Source: Candidatus Hydrogenedentota bacterium (GTDB lineage: Bacteria; Hydrogenedentota; Hydrogenedentia; Hydrogenedentales; JAEUWI01). From it: 64,000 nt of DNA. This document shows positions 49,724 to 60,490 of this stretch, piece by piece; the stretch's first letter is position 1; every line of letters begins with the position of its first letter. The notes under the pieces are model-generated. The model saw only the letters and a program-made list of their open reading frames with translations. It was not told the DNA's origin and did no database searches. The DNA is taken from contig JAXMOL010000041.1 in NCBI GenBank assembly GCA_034669905.1, forward strand, positions 11,934-75,933, in the 5' to 3' direction. Position numbers and translations under genes: made by a program.

Positions 49724-49876
49724 GGTAATTCTTCTCTCCATGGTTATGGAATCGTAGGCCAGGTGACCGAAACACGCGGTCACCATCCGTGCAGTATTCC
49801 AGATGCACGGATTCCATGGCAAACGTTCACCAGACCAGACGCGTTGACAGGGAATTTATTCACGAAACCGGGAAAA

Positions 49877-51733
49877 TCAGCGTAAGACCTTGCGGCGCAG
49901 GCGTTCATAGCGGGTCCAGAAGGCCCGCAAATCCTCCAGGACGGTGTCAGGAAGGGTAAGTACGGAGTAGGTCCCGGCGACATAGAGGTGGGTCAGGGTG
50001 TGGGCTTCGGCCTCGATTTCGGCGATAGGCTCGGGCAGGGCCTCGAGGAATTCGAAGGGGGTCTGATCCTCCTCCCGGGGCACACCGAGGTCGTAGGCCA
50101 GGGCGCAGAGGGCATCGTAGCTGTATTGGATCTTTTCCCGGAGGGACAGGGGGCCGTTGAGGGGGTTCTGGTATTGGGCACAGGTCGCGATGTCCCGGTC
50201 GATCCGGACCTTGGCACGCCGGGGTTTCCGATTGGGTACATAGGTCAGGCGGCGGAAGAGGCGGGCCAGCCGTTGGAAGAGGCTGCGAAACCGGCCGCCG
50301 CGATGGGAGGCCTTTCCGAAAAAATGAGCCGCGGCCTGCAACATCAGGTAGAGCACGAAGAGCCCTACGATGGCCAGCACCCCATACCCGAGCCACTTCA
50401 AGGCCGGGATGGTGTTCATGAGTTCGTTCATGGGAATTTCGGCCGCCGGGGGTTTGGGGGGATTGCCTCCCGCGGTGGATTCTGCACCTTGTGGTGTCTC
50501 CCCTGTTCCTTGTTCGCCCTGCTCCTGGCCGGTGTCCTGGCCACCCTGCTGCTCCTGTCCCTCTTGTCCCTCCTGGGAGCCCTGTTCCCCGCCCTGACCC
50601 TGTTGATGGTCTTCATTTCCGCTATGGGGGCCTTCGGGGGCCTTGGGGTCCTCCTGGCCCGCACCCGCTCCCCCATCGGAGCCTTCCCCGGGATTCGCCC
50701 CTTCCTCGGGACGGGACTGGGTGCCCTCCCCTTCCCGTTCATGCTCGTGGTAGTCCCAGCGATCCGATGCCGTGCCGCCAGTCGTGCTGTAGCTTCGTGT
50801 CAGGTGTTGGGCGCGCTCCGGGGTGGTGGGAACGGGACCCCAGAGTCCGACAAAAAAAACCAGGGCCACCATGAAGGTGCCGAGGCCAAGCCAGAAGGCG
50901 GCGATGCTCGTCGGGAAGGTGATATTACGGCGCTGGCAATAGACCCGGAGTCCCCGGTAGCTGGAGAGGAGCAAGAGCATGAGCATGGAAGCTGTGTAGG
51001 TGCCCACGTAGACGCTGCCCGCCGATTCGAGGAAGCTTCCCCCCTGGGGCAGGATTCGTTGCCCGGCAGCGAGTATGGCGAGGATGGGCAGGGCCAGGTA
51101 GAAGAGGGCGTGGGCGGGGTGTTTTCGTGGTGGGCGCTTCATGTTGTGCCCTGGAGACGGGGCGTCGGCGTCGTGATCCGGCACGGGGGGCGGCGTTTTC
51201 GGGCGGCGCCAACGGCTGCGGAGGATGCCTTCGTCGCCGTAGCGGCTGCTGGTGTCCACGCAGCAATCGCGGGTCAGGCGGTCGGTGACCTTCCAGAGAA
51301 TGACGACGACGCTGATGTTGAAGCAGAGGGACAGGAGCATGTTGGGCAAATAGCCTCCGGCCACGCCGCCACCCTTCAGTTGAGAGAGGAGGGTGAACAC
51401 GCCGACCGCCATGGCCAGCCCACCGATGTAGACGGCCGAATCGGCGAGACCGCGCTCGGCCTTGAGGCGGTTGAGGGCCACAACACCGAGGACGAAGAAG
51501 AACGCGAAGGCCCGCATGTTGATGTCGAGGCGTTCGGTGTAGACGAAACGGATGTCGAGGAGAAACCACGTGACGGAAAGCATCATGGTGAAGATCATGA
51601 TGGGAATGAGGGCGTCTACCGCGTAATCCGAGAGGCTGCGTGTCTCGGGGTCCGGAAGGGCGACCTCGGGCAGCGAAGCTGTGGACCGGAGGGAAGCGAG
51701 ATCCGTCGCGTTGGTGGTGTCCCGGTGATCCAT
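49877..51733 (-). CDS. Multi-TM protein with Gly/Gln/Glu-rich linker and C-terminal DUF4129 domain
   Basis: About 9 TM segments; YDALC..LGVPREEDQTPFEFL..LTHLYVAGTYS DUF4129 pattern. Confidence 0.75.
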   Translation of the reverse strand: MDHRDTTNATDLASLRSTASLPEVALPDPETRSLSDYAVDALIPIMIFTMMLSVTWFLLDIRFVYTERLDINMRAFAFFFVLGVVALNRLKAERGLADSAVYIGGLAMAVGVFTLLSQLKGGGVAGGYLPNMLLSLCFNISVVVILWKVTDRLTRDCCVDTSSRYGDEGILRSRWRRPKTPPPVPDHDADAPSPGHNMKRPPRKHPAHALFYLALPILAILAAGQRILPQGGSFLESAGSVYVGTYTASMLMLLLLSSYRGLRVYCQRRNITFPTSIAAFWLGLGTFMVALVFFVGLWGPVPTTPERAQHLTRSYSTTGGTASDRWDYHEHEREGEGTQSRPEEGANPGEGSDGGAGAGQEDPKAPEGPHSGNEDHQQGQGGEQGSQEGQEGQEQQGGQDTGQEQGEQGTGETPQGAESTAGGNPPKPPAAEIPMNELMNTIPALKWLGYGVLAIVGLFVLYLMLQAAAHFFGKASHRGGRFRSLFQRLARLFRRLTYVPNRKPRRAKVRIDRDIATCAQYQNPLNGPLSLREKIQYSYDALCALAYDLGVPREEDQTPFEFLEALPEPIAEIEAEAHTLTHLYVAGTYSVLTLPDTVLEDLRAFWTRYERLRRKVLR

Positions 51734-51875
51734 GATGGCCCCTGCGTTGTATACCGAAGGTTATCGGTTGGTTGTAGCAGGTTGGGGGCGGCGGTGTCTA
51801 TACGGGGGGTAGTAAGGCTTGTGGCGAATAGTACGGATCTCCGTCGTATCGTCGGTGCCTTTCGAGCGCAGTGCC

Positions 51876-51966
51876 GGGTGCCACCTTCAAGCGGAGGAGC
51901 GCAGCGGGGGAAGCTCAGACACCCACAAGCGCTGCGGCGAGGCCGCACCGCTTGAGGGTGGCACCC
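51876..51966. repeat. 91-bp REPIN-like element (family B)
   Basis: GGGTGCCACCTTCAAGCGG...CCGCTTGAGGGTGGCACCC 19-bp inverted ends (1 mismatch). Confidence 0.8.
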
Positions 51967-52140
51967 CTCGTTTCGCTTCTTAACCGAAGTGCCCGGGAGC
52001 AAACGACGGGACATCCACGCCCTCGCGTAAAAACGTCAGGGGAAGTCCGTAGCCGGTATCACTAACTCATCATGATGATGGGCGATACCGTGCCTGGCCC
52101 CTATTCCTGCCGCGGCGATGTGGCCGGGGCAGCGCCTGGA

Positions 52141-53556
52141 TCACTTTGCGTATTGGGCGACGATGGCGAGTCCGCTGGCGACACTGGTGAAGGTGTCGCG
52201 CTTTTTGAGCTTTTCCGCGCCGAAGCGATCTTCGAGCATGGTACGGATGGCCGGGATAAGGCTGGTACCCCCGGTGGTCAGCACAAGGTCGAGGTCGTCG
52301 GCGGTGATGCCGGCGAGTTTCTCGGCCTCTTCGATGCTTTCCAGCATGAGCTCGAGGTTTTCTTCGATGATGTGGGCAAACTCGACCCGTTCCAGTTTCT
52401 CTTCGACCTGGAGGGCTTCGTTATCAATGCGGATGATGGTTTCCAGATCGGAGGACAGGCGGCGCTTGGCGGCTTCCACTTCGCGGGCCACGGGGTAGCC
52501 GAGATTCCGCTGGATGAGGCAGCGAAGGGAGCGGAGGGCTTCGGGCTGGGTGGCCGTGGATTCCGCCGCGATGAGCCAGTTGATGGTCTCTTCGTTGTTC
52601 AGCTTATAGAGGTTCTGCCAGTCGAGGATCTGATTGTAGATATTCTGGGGCATGGGCAGGTTATTGGGGCCGTAACGGGCCTTGCTGCCGAAGACGGGGA
52701 ACAGTTTGCTGCGGATGATTTCCCGGTCGATGGCGTCACCTGCCACGGGCACACCGGCCACGCTGAGGATTTCACTTTCGGCAAGCCGATCGTGAAAGCC
52801 ATGGGATCCGCCAAATTCCATGATACAGACGTCGCAGGTACCACCGCCGATATCGACCACCATGAGGCGCTGACGCTTTTCGGCGGCCATGGCGTATTCC
52901 ACACAGGCCCCCACGGGTTCGTAAAAGAAGGTCACATCCTTAAACCCGGCCAGACCCGCGGCAGTGCGCAGGCGTTTTTCGGCGATATCGTTTTCGGGGT
53001 CCCGATTGGAAAAACGCACGGGACGGCCAAAAACCGCGTGGTCGATGGATTCACCAGCGGCGCGGTCGGCAGCTTCCTTCATGGGGCGGAGGATCATGGC
53101 CACCAGCTCTTCGATCTGGTAGTGGGTTCCAAAGACTTCCGTGCCGTTAAAGCCGGAGTGACGGAGGAGGGTCTTGAGGGATTGGAAGAGCCGTCCGGGG
53201 GAGTTTACTTCCACGATGGCGCGGGCGCGCACGGCTTCCCGTGCGGATCCATCGGTGGTATGGGGCCGGTAGCCTTCGCCCTTGTCGGGCTCGGAAGCGA
53301 CATAACCTTCGATGCTGATACCCAGATCCACCTGTTTCAGGAGGACTTCTCGGTCCACGTTGCGCTCGATGAAGGCGTTGGCCGCCTTGCGCCCAATGAT
53401 GGAATCACCGTCGTTGGTGATATAGAGCAAAGACGGTAAGGACGTGGGACTGACGTTGGCGTCGTCCAGGGACAATACATTGACCTGGCTTCCGTCGGAT
53501 AGGGCAACGCTGGAATTGGAGGTGCCAAAGTCGACACCGCAGTAGTACTTCCCCAC
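52141..53556 (-). CDS. yegD: Hsp70-family YegD-like chaperone/ATPase
   Basis: GVDFGTSNS, GRPVRFS, YEPVGA, VDIGGGTCD, TGGTS..PAIR, FTSVASGLA; no substrate-binding domain; start at GTG 53556. Confidence 0.85.
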   Translation of the reverse strand: MGKYYCGVDFGTSNSSVALSDGSQVNVLSLDDANVSPTSLPSLLYITNDGDSIIGRKAANAFIERNVDREVLLKQVDLGISIEGYVASEPDKGEGYRPHTTDGSAREAVRARAIVEVNSPGRLFQSLKTLLRHSGFNGTEVFGTHYQIEELVAMILRPMKEAADRAAGESIDHAVFGRPVRFSNRDPENDIAEKRLRTAAGLAGFKDVTFFYEPVGACVEYAMAAEKRQRLMVVDIGGGTCDVCIMEFGGSHGFHDRLAESEILSVAGVPVAGDAIDREIIRSKLFPVFGSKARYGPNNLPMPQNIYNQILDWQNLYKLNNEETINWLIAAESTATQPEALRSLRCLIQRNLGYPVAREVEAAKRRLSSDLETIIRIDNEALQVEEKLERVEFAHIIEENLELMLESIEEAEKLAGITADDLDLVLTTGGTSLIPAIRTMLEDRFGAEKLKKRDTFTSVASGLAIVAQYAK

Positions 53557-53839
53557 GGGCAATTCCCTCGATGGTTTAGCTGAATTTTCTGACCACACGA
53601 ACCCAATCGGGTACGTATTTTTAACAAACAGCGGAGTATAGCACCCCCCCGAACGACCGTTCAAACGATGGCGACGATTGGGACCGCTGGGACTGGTTTG
53701 GTGGCCCTGCCCTCGTGTAGGCTGGTTTTTCACCTATTTCGCAGGTGCGCTCCGGATTCGGAGTCATGTGTAAAACAAGGGCGGAGTGATTTTTCTTCCG
53801 CCTCGGGCCGGAGCGGCCTATACCGGGAGATGGAATGGG

Positions 53840-55471
53840 ATGAGGCATTGGTTGGTTTTCATGGCGGCGTTGCTGTGCATTTTCTGCTGTGTATCGGGTG
53901 ATGCGGCTGAGTGGACGTTGGTTGCCGGGGGTAGGCCCGTGGGCGGTCACTACATCGGCGCGCCCTGGACCCAGGCCGACGGGCGCCTCGCCAGCGTGGG
54001 CGATACGTCGCGGCTCTATGGGAATCAGGCCATTGGCACGGGGGACTTTCATATTCGCGCCCGGCTGGTGTTGCCTGAACTCACCCGGCAAGACCCGGAA
54101 GTGGGCATTGGCCCGTACAGCCACATCCGACTCGATGCGAATGGCGGGCGGCTTATCATCGGCGGTCCGCTTTTCGTGCCGGATGAGCAAATGATCCGCT
54201 ACACCATCATCGGGAAAAACGACGGTTACATTACGGCGGGTGAGCCCTTTCTCTTTGAGGCGATTGGGAAGGAAGGCCAGATCACGTTTCTGTTGAACGG
54301 CACGGCCATCCATACCACGGCGCTCCTGCGGGATACCGTGGGACCCGTGTCCCTTTTTCCGGCGGCCGGTACGCTGGAGGTCCTTGATTTCTCCGTGACC
54401 GCCGATGAACTTACGCCCTACACGGCGAAAGACGTGACCGCCTATGGTGTTTCCCTCGATCCCCGTCTCACGTGGCGTCCCCAATTGCGGAAGGCCAACT
54501 ATGTCACCCTGGCCGATGGGGCGCTGGCCTATCTCAACGGCGAGGATCTCATGATCAGCGCGGATGGCGGCCTCACCTTCGAGCGGCGCGAGGGCACGGT
54601 GGACCACGATGCCTACGGCGACACCCTCCTCTTCAGCGGGGCCATGCTCCTGCGGACGAAGGACAACACGCTGGTGGCCGTCACCATCAATAGCAAAAAC
54701 TACGTGCATCTGGAGTGGGACGAGGAAGCCAACAAAGGCATTGCGGGCACCCGGGAAGTCTGGACCCTGCGCTCGACGGATGAAGGGCACACATGGACTG
54801 ATGTGCAACGGATTTACCCCGGCTACTGCGGCGCGTTGGTGGATATGATTCAGACGAGTTCGGGGCATATCGTGGTGCCGGTGCAGGAGCTGAACGCGTC
54901 GGCCGAGCGCCATGTGACTTGCACCTATGTTTCTGCCGATGACGGCCTGACCTGGCAACGGGGCAATGTGTTGGATATTGGCGGCACGGGTAACCACGCG
55001 GGCGCCTTTGAGCCCACCCTGGCGGAACTGGACGGCGGTCGCCTGATGATGCTGATGCGGACGAATCTGGATTATCTCTGGGCGGCCTACAGCGATACGG
55101 AGGGCCGCTTCTGGCGGAAGACCGAGCCGAGTGTCTTCGATGCGAGCAGCTCTCCTGCCTTCATGAAGCGCCTGGCCAGTGGCCGGATTGTGCTGGTGTG
55201 GAATCGGGTACACCCCGAAGGCAAGACGAGCTACCGTCGCCGCGTGGGGAAATGGTCCGAGACGCCGGTGAGTTGGTGTCGGGAAGAGGTGTCGATGGTC
55301 ATCACGGATCCCAACGGAGAAAACTGGTCGGACCCCGTGGTGATTGCGAAGAAGCCCGGTATCTGGATGGCTTACCCCTACCTTTTCGAGCCTGAACCGG
55401 GTACGGTTTGGGTCTTCGCCTCGGGTGGCTTGAAGGCGGAATTCAAGGAAGCCGATTTCGTGACGGAGTAA
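53840..55471 (+). CDS. BNR/Asp-box sialidase-like protein with N-terminal lectin-like domain, secreted
   Basis: Asp boxes SADGGLTF, STDEGHTW, SADDGLTW, SDTEGRFW; FEPT, LMRT, AYPY; signal peptide MRHWLVF. Confidence 0.8.
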   Translation: MRHWLVFMAALLCIFCCVSGDAAEWTLVAGGRPVGGHYIGAPWTQADGRLASVGDTSRLYGNQAIGTGDFHIRARLVLPELTRQDPEVGIGPYSHIRLDANGGRLIIGGPLFVPDEQMIRYTIIGKNDGYITAGEPFLFEAIGKEGQITFLLNGTAIHTTALLRDTVGPVSLFPAAGTLEVLDFSVTADELTPYTAKDVTAYGVSLDPRLTWRPQLRKANYVTLADGALAYLNGEDLMISADGGLTFERREGTVDHDAYGDTLLFSGAMLLRTKDNTLVAVTINSKNYVHLEWDEEANKGIAGTREVWTLRSTDEGHTWTDVQRIYPGYCGALVDMIQTSSGHIVVPVQELNASAERHVTCTYVSADDGLTWQRGNVLDIGGTGNHAGAFEPTLAELDGGRLMMLMRTNLDYLWAAYSDTEGRFWRKTEPSVFDASSSPAFMKRLASGRIVLVWNRVHPEGKTSYRRRVGKWSETPVSWCREEVSMVITDPNGENWSDPVVIAKKPGIWMAYPYLFEPEPGTVWVFASGGLKAEFKEADFVTE

Positions 55472-55493
55472 AGGGGCGTTCACTGCGGGATCG

Positions 55494-55539
55494 TTATCCG
55501 ACGAGTCTCAATGCGTTGGATGCAGTTCGTGCGTCTTCA
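55494..55539. repeat. 46-bp direct repeat; second copy at 60441-60486
   Basis: ttatccgacgagtctc-a/g-a-t/c-gcgttgg...gtgcgtc-t/c-tca, 40/46 identical. Confidence 0.75.
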
Positions 55540-55614
55540 CAGCTTGGGGTGTTTTTTCGGGAACACGATTTGAGTTTGTGACCGGGGGCGGGTGGCGCGA
55601 ATCGGCGTCGGTAG

Positions 55615-56028
55615 CTACGTACCCGTTGCGGGCGAAATCACCGTAAGTTCCCTGAAATAGTCTCGATGAAACCCTTGATCGCGGGTGAGTAACTGATCAC
55701 ATTGCGCTTGGGCATGGGCGGCGATCAAAAAGTCTGCAATTACTCGCGTCCGTTTTCCACCCCGCTCAAGGTACGACTTCCAGTGAAGTCCCGCGAGACG
55801 GGAGGCTCCTTGCGTCATCCCGAGAAATTCTATCTGCAGCCGCTCCATGTGACTTTCAAGCTCACCGGTCACGGGAAACATGGCGGCAAGCTTTGACCAG
55901 ACAACTTCGCAGGCAACTAACTTGCCATCGGCCATACAGCTTCGCAGCTTGCTGGCGGATTGTCTGCCACAGGTGGGATCGTCCCGAAATACATCGACCA
56001 GGATACTGGTGTCAATCGCGGTTATCAT
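55615..56028 (-). CDS. vapC: VapC/PIN-domain toxin (second acidic site E to K)
   Basis: MITAIDTSIL, CEVVWSKL, VIADFLIAAHA, LLTRDQG. Confidence 0.85.
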   Translation of the reverse strand: MITAIDTSILVDVFRDDPTCGRQSASKLRSCMADGKLVACEVVWSKLAAMFPVTGELESHMERLQIEFLGMTQGASRLAGLHWKSYLERGGKRTRVIADFLIAAHAQAQCDQLLTRDQGFHRDYFRELTVISPATGT

Positions 56029-56246
56029 GGGGTGCCGCGAAGATAGGCCATAATTTCATCGGTGGACATATCGGTTTTCAAACAGCCCATAACCTGGCTT
56101 ACGGGGTCCTCTTCGGAGATCTTTACGGCTACGAGTTCGCCGTTTTCCTCTCGAAAGTCCAATACGGTTTGCGCAGTGATTCCGAGCTTCAATCGAAGTG
56201 CTTCGGGGATGACAACTTCACCGCTGTCCGCCACTATCGCTTCCAT
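56025..56246 (-). CDS. AbrB/MazE-family antitoxin (degenerate)
   Basis: MEAIVADSGEVVIPEALRLKLGI..TVLDF; ATGA overlap with vapC; GAGGA RBS. Confidence 0.85.
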   Translation of the reverse strand: MEAIVADSGEVVIPEALRLKLGITAQTVLDFREENGELVAVKISEEDPVSQVMGCLKTDMSTDEIMAYLRGTP

Positions 56247-56507
56247 AGGTTCAGTTCCTCTCAGGTTTTACCTTACATTGGAATTATACATGCTTTCGGG
56301 GGCGATACAAATCATGCATACCGCCGGAACCGGGGCATGGGGGCGTTGCTGTATGAAATTTGGGGGACTGCGGATGTAGCCACGAGCGCCACCGTGGTGT
56401 AGGATGAAAATGGTCGGCGGAAAAGGTGCGTTGTCGGTCCGCCGGTATGCATGTCGGCCGGATACCGCAGGGGTATGAATCAAGTTCAGCAACGATAGGC
56501 GACGGGT

Positions 56508-57911
56508 ATGCAGGCCGACATAGACATTTTGATCGCCCAGAGTGATTCGTGGGACGGCTATGTCCGTGAGGAGGCCGTTCGTGCGCTTGGACGGCTCGGG
56601 GATGGCCGGGCCTTTCCCCCACTTCTGATCCGCGTGAACGACTGGGTGCCCGAGGTGCGGGCCGCGGCCAGACTGGCATTGGAAAACTATCTGATCCCGG
56701 AGCACGCTGCCGCGTGGGTAGGGTGTCTCCCTGTGGTGTACCATTTGAAGCATTGCGGGCGCTATGACCATGGGGCATTCATCGCACGGGTGGAAGCATT
56801 GCTGGCACAGCCCGCCTGTTGGCAGATGCTGCTGGAGGGCCTGGATAGCGCCGATGTCCGGGTGTCCCGTCATGCCTTTCACCTGGTGGAACGATATGAC
56901 CTGAAGCCGAGGAGCCAGCTTCTCGACTACGCGCTCCAGACCCACGATGTCGTCATCAAGCGCTATGCCGAGCAATACGTCCGCAACGCGCCAGAGATTG
57001 ATCGCGCGCTCTTTGAACGCCTGTTGACGAGTTGGCACCGACCGTTGCGCCGTATGGCACTCCAGCGATTTGTTGAAGTTTTTCCCGACGAGGCGGGGTC
57101 GGCTATCGAAAAGAATCTGGTGGACCAAAGCGGGATCATGCGTGAAGCGGCCCAGCGTCTCCATCGCGCGCGGGGTGGCCAACCCGCAGCCTTCTACGTG
57201 GGATTGCTTGGAAGAAATCTGGAGGACGCCCCCCTGCTGCGCAACACCCTGCTTGGGCTCAGCGTCGTTGGCGCGGACCTTCACCTCCCCGCCGTAGAGC
57301 CTTATCTTGACGCCGAGTCGCCCGCTGTGCGCACGGCGGCTTTCACCGCGCTGGTGCGGCTGGATGGCAAAAACCGGCGTGCAAACATACTAGCGGGACT
57401 GGAACGATCCATGGGGGATGGTTGTGCGGACGCCCTGCGCTGGGCCAGGCGCTACAAGACCCGGCTGGGCTACGAAGAGCTGGCCCATCTACTCGATTTT
57501 TCTGGCAACGACATGGGCGCGCGCGTCGACTCCGACCGCCTCGTTCAATTGGCCCGATTGGGCAACAAGTGGGACCAGCTCTATTTTCTGGTGGCTCCCC
57601 TGAAGGATCTTCCAGCGTCCCGGATTTCCTTGCTGTGCGAGATTCAGCGTTGGCTCAACTACTTCAATCGCAGCCAGGTGCCTGTCACGACGGAACAACA
57701 GGAGCGACTTCGGGAACCGATCGTGGCCGCCCGTCGCGTCGTGGACGACGGGTTGGTAAACACCATTGCGTGGCACGTCTTTGGTGCGGAAGAAGGTGGC
57801 GAAGAAGGGATGCCGAACCATACGGACGGGATGGATACGTACCCCACAGGCCACACCTCCCGTTCATGGATGACGAGGATTTGCGCCGGGATCCGCCGCC
57901 TCATGCCTTGA
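56508..57911 (+). CDS. HEAT-repeat protein
   Basis: DGYVREEAVRAL, RVNDWVPEVRAAA, DAESPAVRTAAF. Confidence 0.75.
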   Translation: MQADIDILIAQSDSWDGYVREEAVRALGRLGDGRAFPPLLIRVNDWVPEVRAAARLALENYLIPEHAAAWVGCLPVVYHLKHCGRYDHGAFIARVEALLAQPACWQMLLEGLDSADVRVSRHAFHLVERYDLKPRSQLLDYALQTHDVVIKRYAEQYVRNAPEIDRALFERLLTSWHRPLRRMALQRFVEVFPDEAGSAIEKNLVDQSGIMREAAQRLHRARGGQPAAFYVGLLGRNLEDAPLLRNTLLGLSVVGADLHLPAVEPYLDAESPAVRTAAFTALVRLDGKNRRANILAGLERSMGDGCADALRWARRYKTRLGYEELAHLLDFSGNDMGARVDSDRLVQLARLGNKWDQLYFLVAPLKDLPASRISLLCEIQRWLNYFNRSQVPVTTEQQERLREPIVAARRVVDDGLVNTIAWHVFGAEEGGEEGMPNHTDGMDTYPTGHTSRSWMTRICAGIRRLMP

Positions 57912-58036
57912 AGGTTGGGGGTGCCATACGGGGGTAGGAAAATTTCCTCGTGCCAATCAAGAAGACCCTCGGTACCTGTTTTTCACTCGCGGCCAAAGCA
58001 AGGGTGTAGACTGTCGGGTACGAAGGAGATTATTTC

Positions 58037-60379
58037 ATGTACCCGATTATCCGACACTTTTTTTGCGCCCTCGTTGTACTTGCGGTGGCCCTGCCCGTCG
58101 CAGCCCAGGGCGATTACGGTTTCCTCTGGTGGGCCCATGGCTGGCGGGGCACGTCCCCCGAAGGCGCGCGTGTCGTGTGCGTACAGACCAATCACTACGG
58201 CTTCGCGCTGGATGTGAACAAGCCCGCCGCCCTCCATCTGGGTTCCATCGCGAGCCCCAGGCCCTATGCCGAGGCCGTGGCCGATCCCAACGATGTGGTA
58301 TTCGATCTCCCTCCCGCCGACCTGTCCCTCTGGGTGGAGGTGGGTGGCGAGCGCTACACCTGCGTTCGGGCGGCGGAGAAGACTGATGTCCCCCAGCACT
58401 ACCCCGTGCGCCTCATCGAGAGCGGTCAGGTGGTGCAGCGTTTTGATATCAACCAACTGGTCTTCGAGAACGAAGCGGGCACGGCCCTGGCCGCGACGGG
58501 CCGGCTCGAAGTGGTGGCCTGGCCGGATGCGCTTCACCTCATCCTGGACGTCACGCCCGCCGACGACATGGGAGACTTCCGCGTGGGCATGGCTGTGAAG
58601 CAGGGTGCGGAACGGCTGGAAGAAATTCAGCCGTCCGCAAGGATTACCGGGGGCAAACCCGGACGGGGCAGCCTCACCTGGCGGCCCACGGATATCGCCG
58701 AGGCCGATCCGGCCGAAATTGAGATCGGTGTGATAAACCTCAACAACGATAATCGCTTGCCCGTGGTCCACGACATGAGCCACGGGTGGCATTACGTTGC
58801 CCTGCCCGAGTTGGTGTGGAAGGTGGCCGAAGTTCCCCTATACATAAACCGCTTCGCCGTAAAAATTACCAATACGGGCACCTCGTCCCGAAAGGTGCCC
58901 ATCAATTTCGCCGTGGACGGTAACCTCGCCGGAATCGTCGGCATGATACCCCTGCTGGTGGATTCGGAGGGACGGCCCACGGGCATTCCGATTCAGGTTT
59001 CGAAAAACTGGCACCGCCAGCCCAACGAACGCATCCTCTATGAGGGGCCGTGGTTTCATGGCTTTGCCCAGATCGAGGTCGCGCCGGGTGATACCTGGAC
59101 CGGCGAACTCGTCATCGTTTACGCCTGGTGGGGCGAGCGCCCTGCTGTGTCCCATGCCCAGCTCTCGCTCATTGGCTGGGGCACGAACCAACGTTGGGAT
59201 CAGGTGGCCATTGGCAGTTGGGGCGAATCCATCACCTACGATCCCGATGTGAATCTCAACCGATCCATCATCGACGACGTGCGGCCCCTCATGGTCACCG
59301 GGATGGGCGGGGGTCCCTGGCAATGGACCGTCAATGTAGGCGGTGGCGATTTTCTGGTCTACGTGGATCCCACGGGTAAGCGGCAATATCTGAGCCGCAT
59401 GCGGGCCGCCTATCTTGAGCCGGGCCCGAATCTCACCCGGGCCGTCTATGCCGGTGAAACACCCGATGGCACGATGGATGTGCGCCTGGAAGTTTCTACG
59501 CCCGCCGTGGACGATGTGAATCGCTCCTTCCATCGATTTCGCTATGACGTGCGCAAGGCCATGCCCTTCGAGCGTATGGCCTTCTACCAGCTGGGTGCAG
59601 ACAACTACAACGACCACCAATTCGCCACCATCGCCCGGGGCAACGAGTCGGGGCTGTTGGAGGAATGGAAAACCGAGCGGGGCGGCAAGAAATATTTGCG
59701 GACGGATATCCCCGCTGCGGGAGACGTGCCCTGGTTTTCCCTCCACGATGGCGTGCGCAACGAGCACCACCCCAAGGGGGCCTGGGCGAATCGCGGGTTG
59801 GTGATTCGCTCCTGGAAGGCGCGCCTCGGCGGGCAGGATATTCCCCACCCCACCGTGGCGATCTATGGCACGGAGAATGGCGTGCCCAGTGCGGCCCTGG
59901 AGCTGGTGCCGCCGCCCGGCGTGACCGAACTACTCCCTGGTGACTTCGTGGAGGCCGACGTGGAGCTATTGACGGTCCCCGCCGAGGCTCACACCTACTA
60001 CGGGCCCAATAAGGCCTTCAGCGAGCACCTGGAGGCCAACATCAACACCTGGAAGCCGGTTCACCGGCTCGCTATGGCGAATGCGCTGAAAGTGACCGCG
60101 ACGAAGGGCGAAGTGCGCCGGCGCTACCCCGTGGAAATCGCGGTGGACGCCAACGGCGCGGCGGAATGCATCCTCGTTGGTGGCGCGGGCTATGTGCCGG
60201 TGACCTTTACGGGCCTGGCAACTGCCACGGGTTTTCGTCTTGAGGGCACGCGGGCCGATGCCGATGATTTTGTGCAGGTGGCCTATGATGGCGTGACGAA
60301 GTCGTGGTCACGGACCTATACCGTCGATATGGATGGTGTTGGCGAGGCGGGGAAGACGTTGGGGTTGGTGCGGGAGTAG
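58037..60379 (+). CDS. Secreted hypothetical protein (Trp-rich, beta-rich)
   Basis: AAGGAG RBS, signal peptide ending VAAQ, strong GC3 bias; no family recognised. Confidence 0.75.
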   Translation: MYPIIRHFFCALVVLAVALPVAAQGDYGFLWWAHGWRGTSPEGARVVCVQTNHYGFALDVNKPAALHLGSIASPRPYAEAVADPNDVVFDLPPADLSLWVEVGGERYTCVRAAEKTDVPQHYPVRLIESGQVVQRFDINQLVFENEAGTALAATGRLEVVAWPDALHLILDVTPADDMGDFRVGMAVKQGAERLEEIQPSARITGGKPGRGSLTWRPTDIAEADPAEIEIGVINLNNDNRLPVVHDMSHGWHYVALPELVWKVAEVPLYINRFAVKITNTGTSSRKVPINFAVDGNLAGIVGMIPLLVDSEGRPTGIPIQVSKNWHRQPNERILYEGPWFHGFAQIEVAPGDTWTGELVIVYAWWGERPAVSHAQLSLIGWGTNQRWDQVAIGSWGESITYDPDVNLNRSIIDDVRPLMVTGMGGGPWQWTVNVGGGDFLVYVDPTGKRQYLSRMRAAYLEPGPNLTRAVYAGETPDGTMDVRLEVSTPAVDDVNRSFHRFRYDVRKAMPFERMAFYQLGADNYNDHQFATIARGNESGLLEEWKTERGGKKYLRTDIPAAGDVPWFSLHDGVRNEHHPKGAWANRGLVIRSWKARLGGQDIPHPTVAIYGTENGVPSAALELVPPPGVTELLPGDFVEADVELLTVPAEAHTYYGPNKAFSEHLEANINTWKPVHRLAMANALKVTATKGEVRRRYPVEIAVDANGAAECILVGGAGYVPVTFTGLATATGFRLEGTRADADDFVQVAYDGVTKSWSRTYTVDMDGVGEAGKTLGLVRE

Positions 60380-60490
60380 CTTGGGCGCGGGTGGGAAATA
60401 CTTGGATTAGAAAATGTATACCCGTCGTGCCGCGCGATCTTTATCCGACGAGTCTCGACGCGTTGGGTGAAGTTAGTGCGTCCTCAGGAG

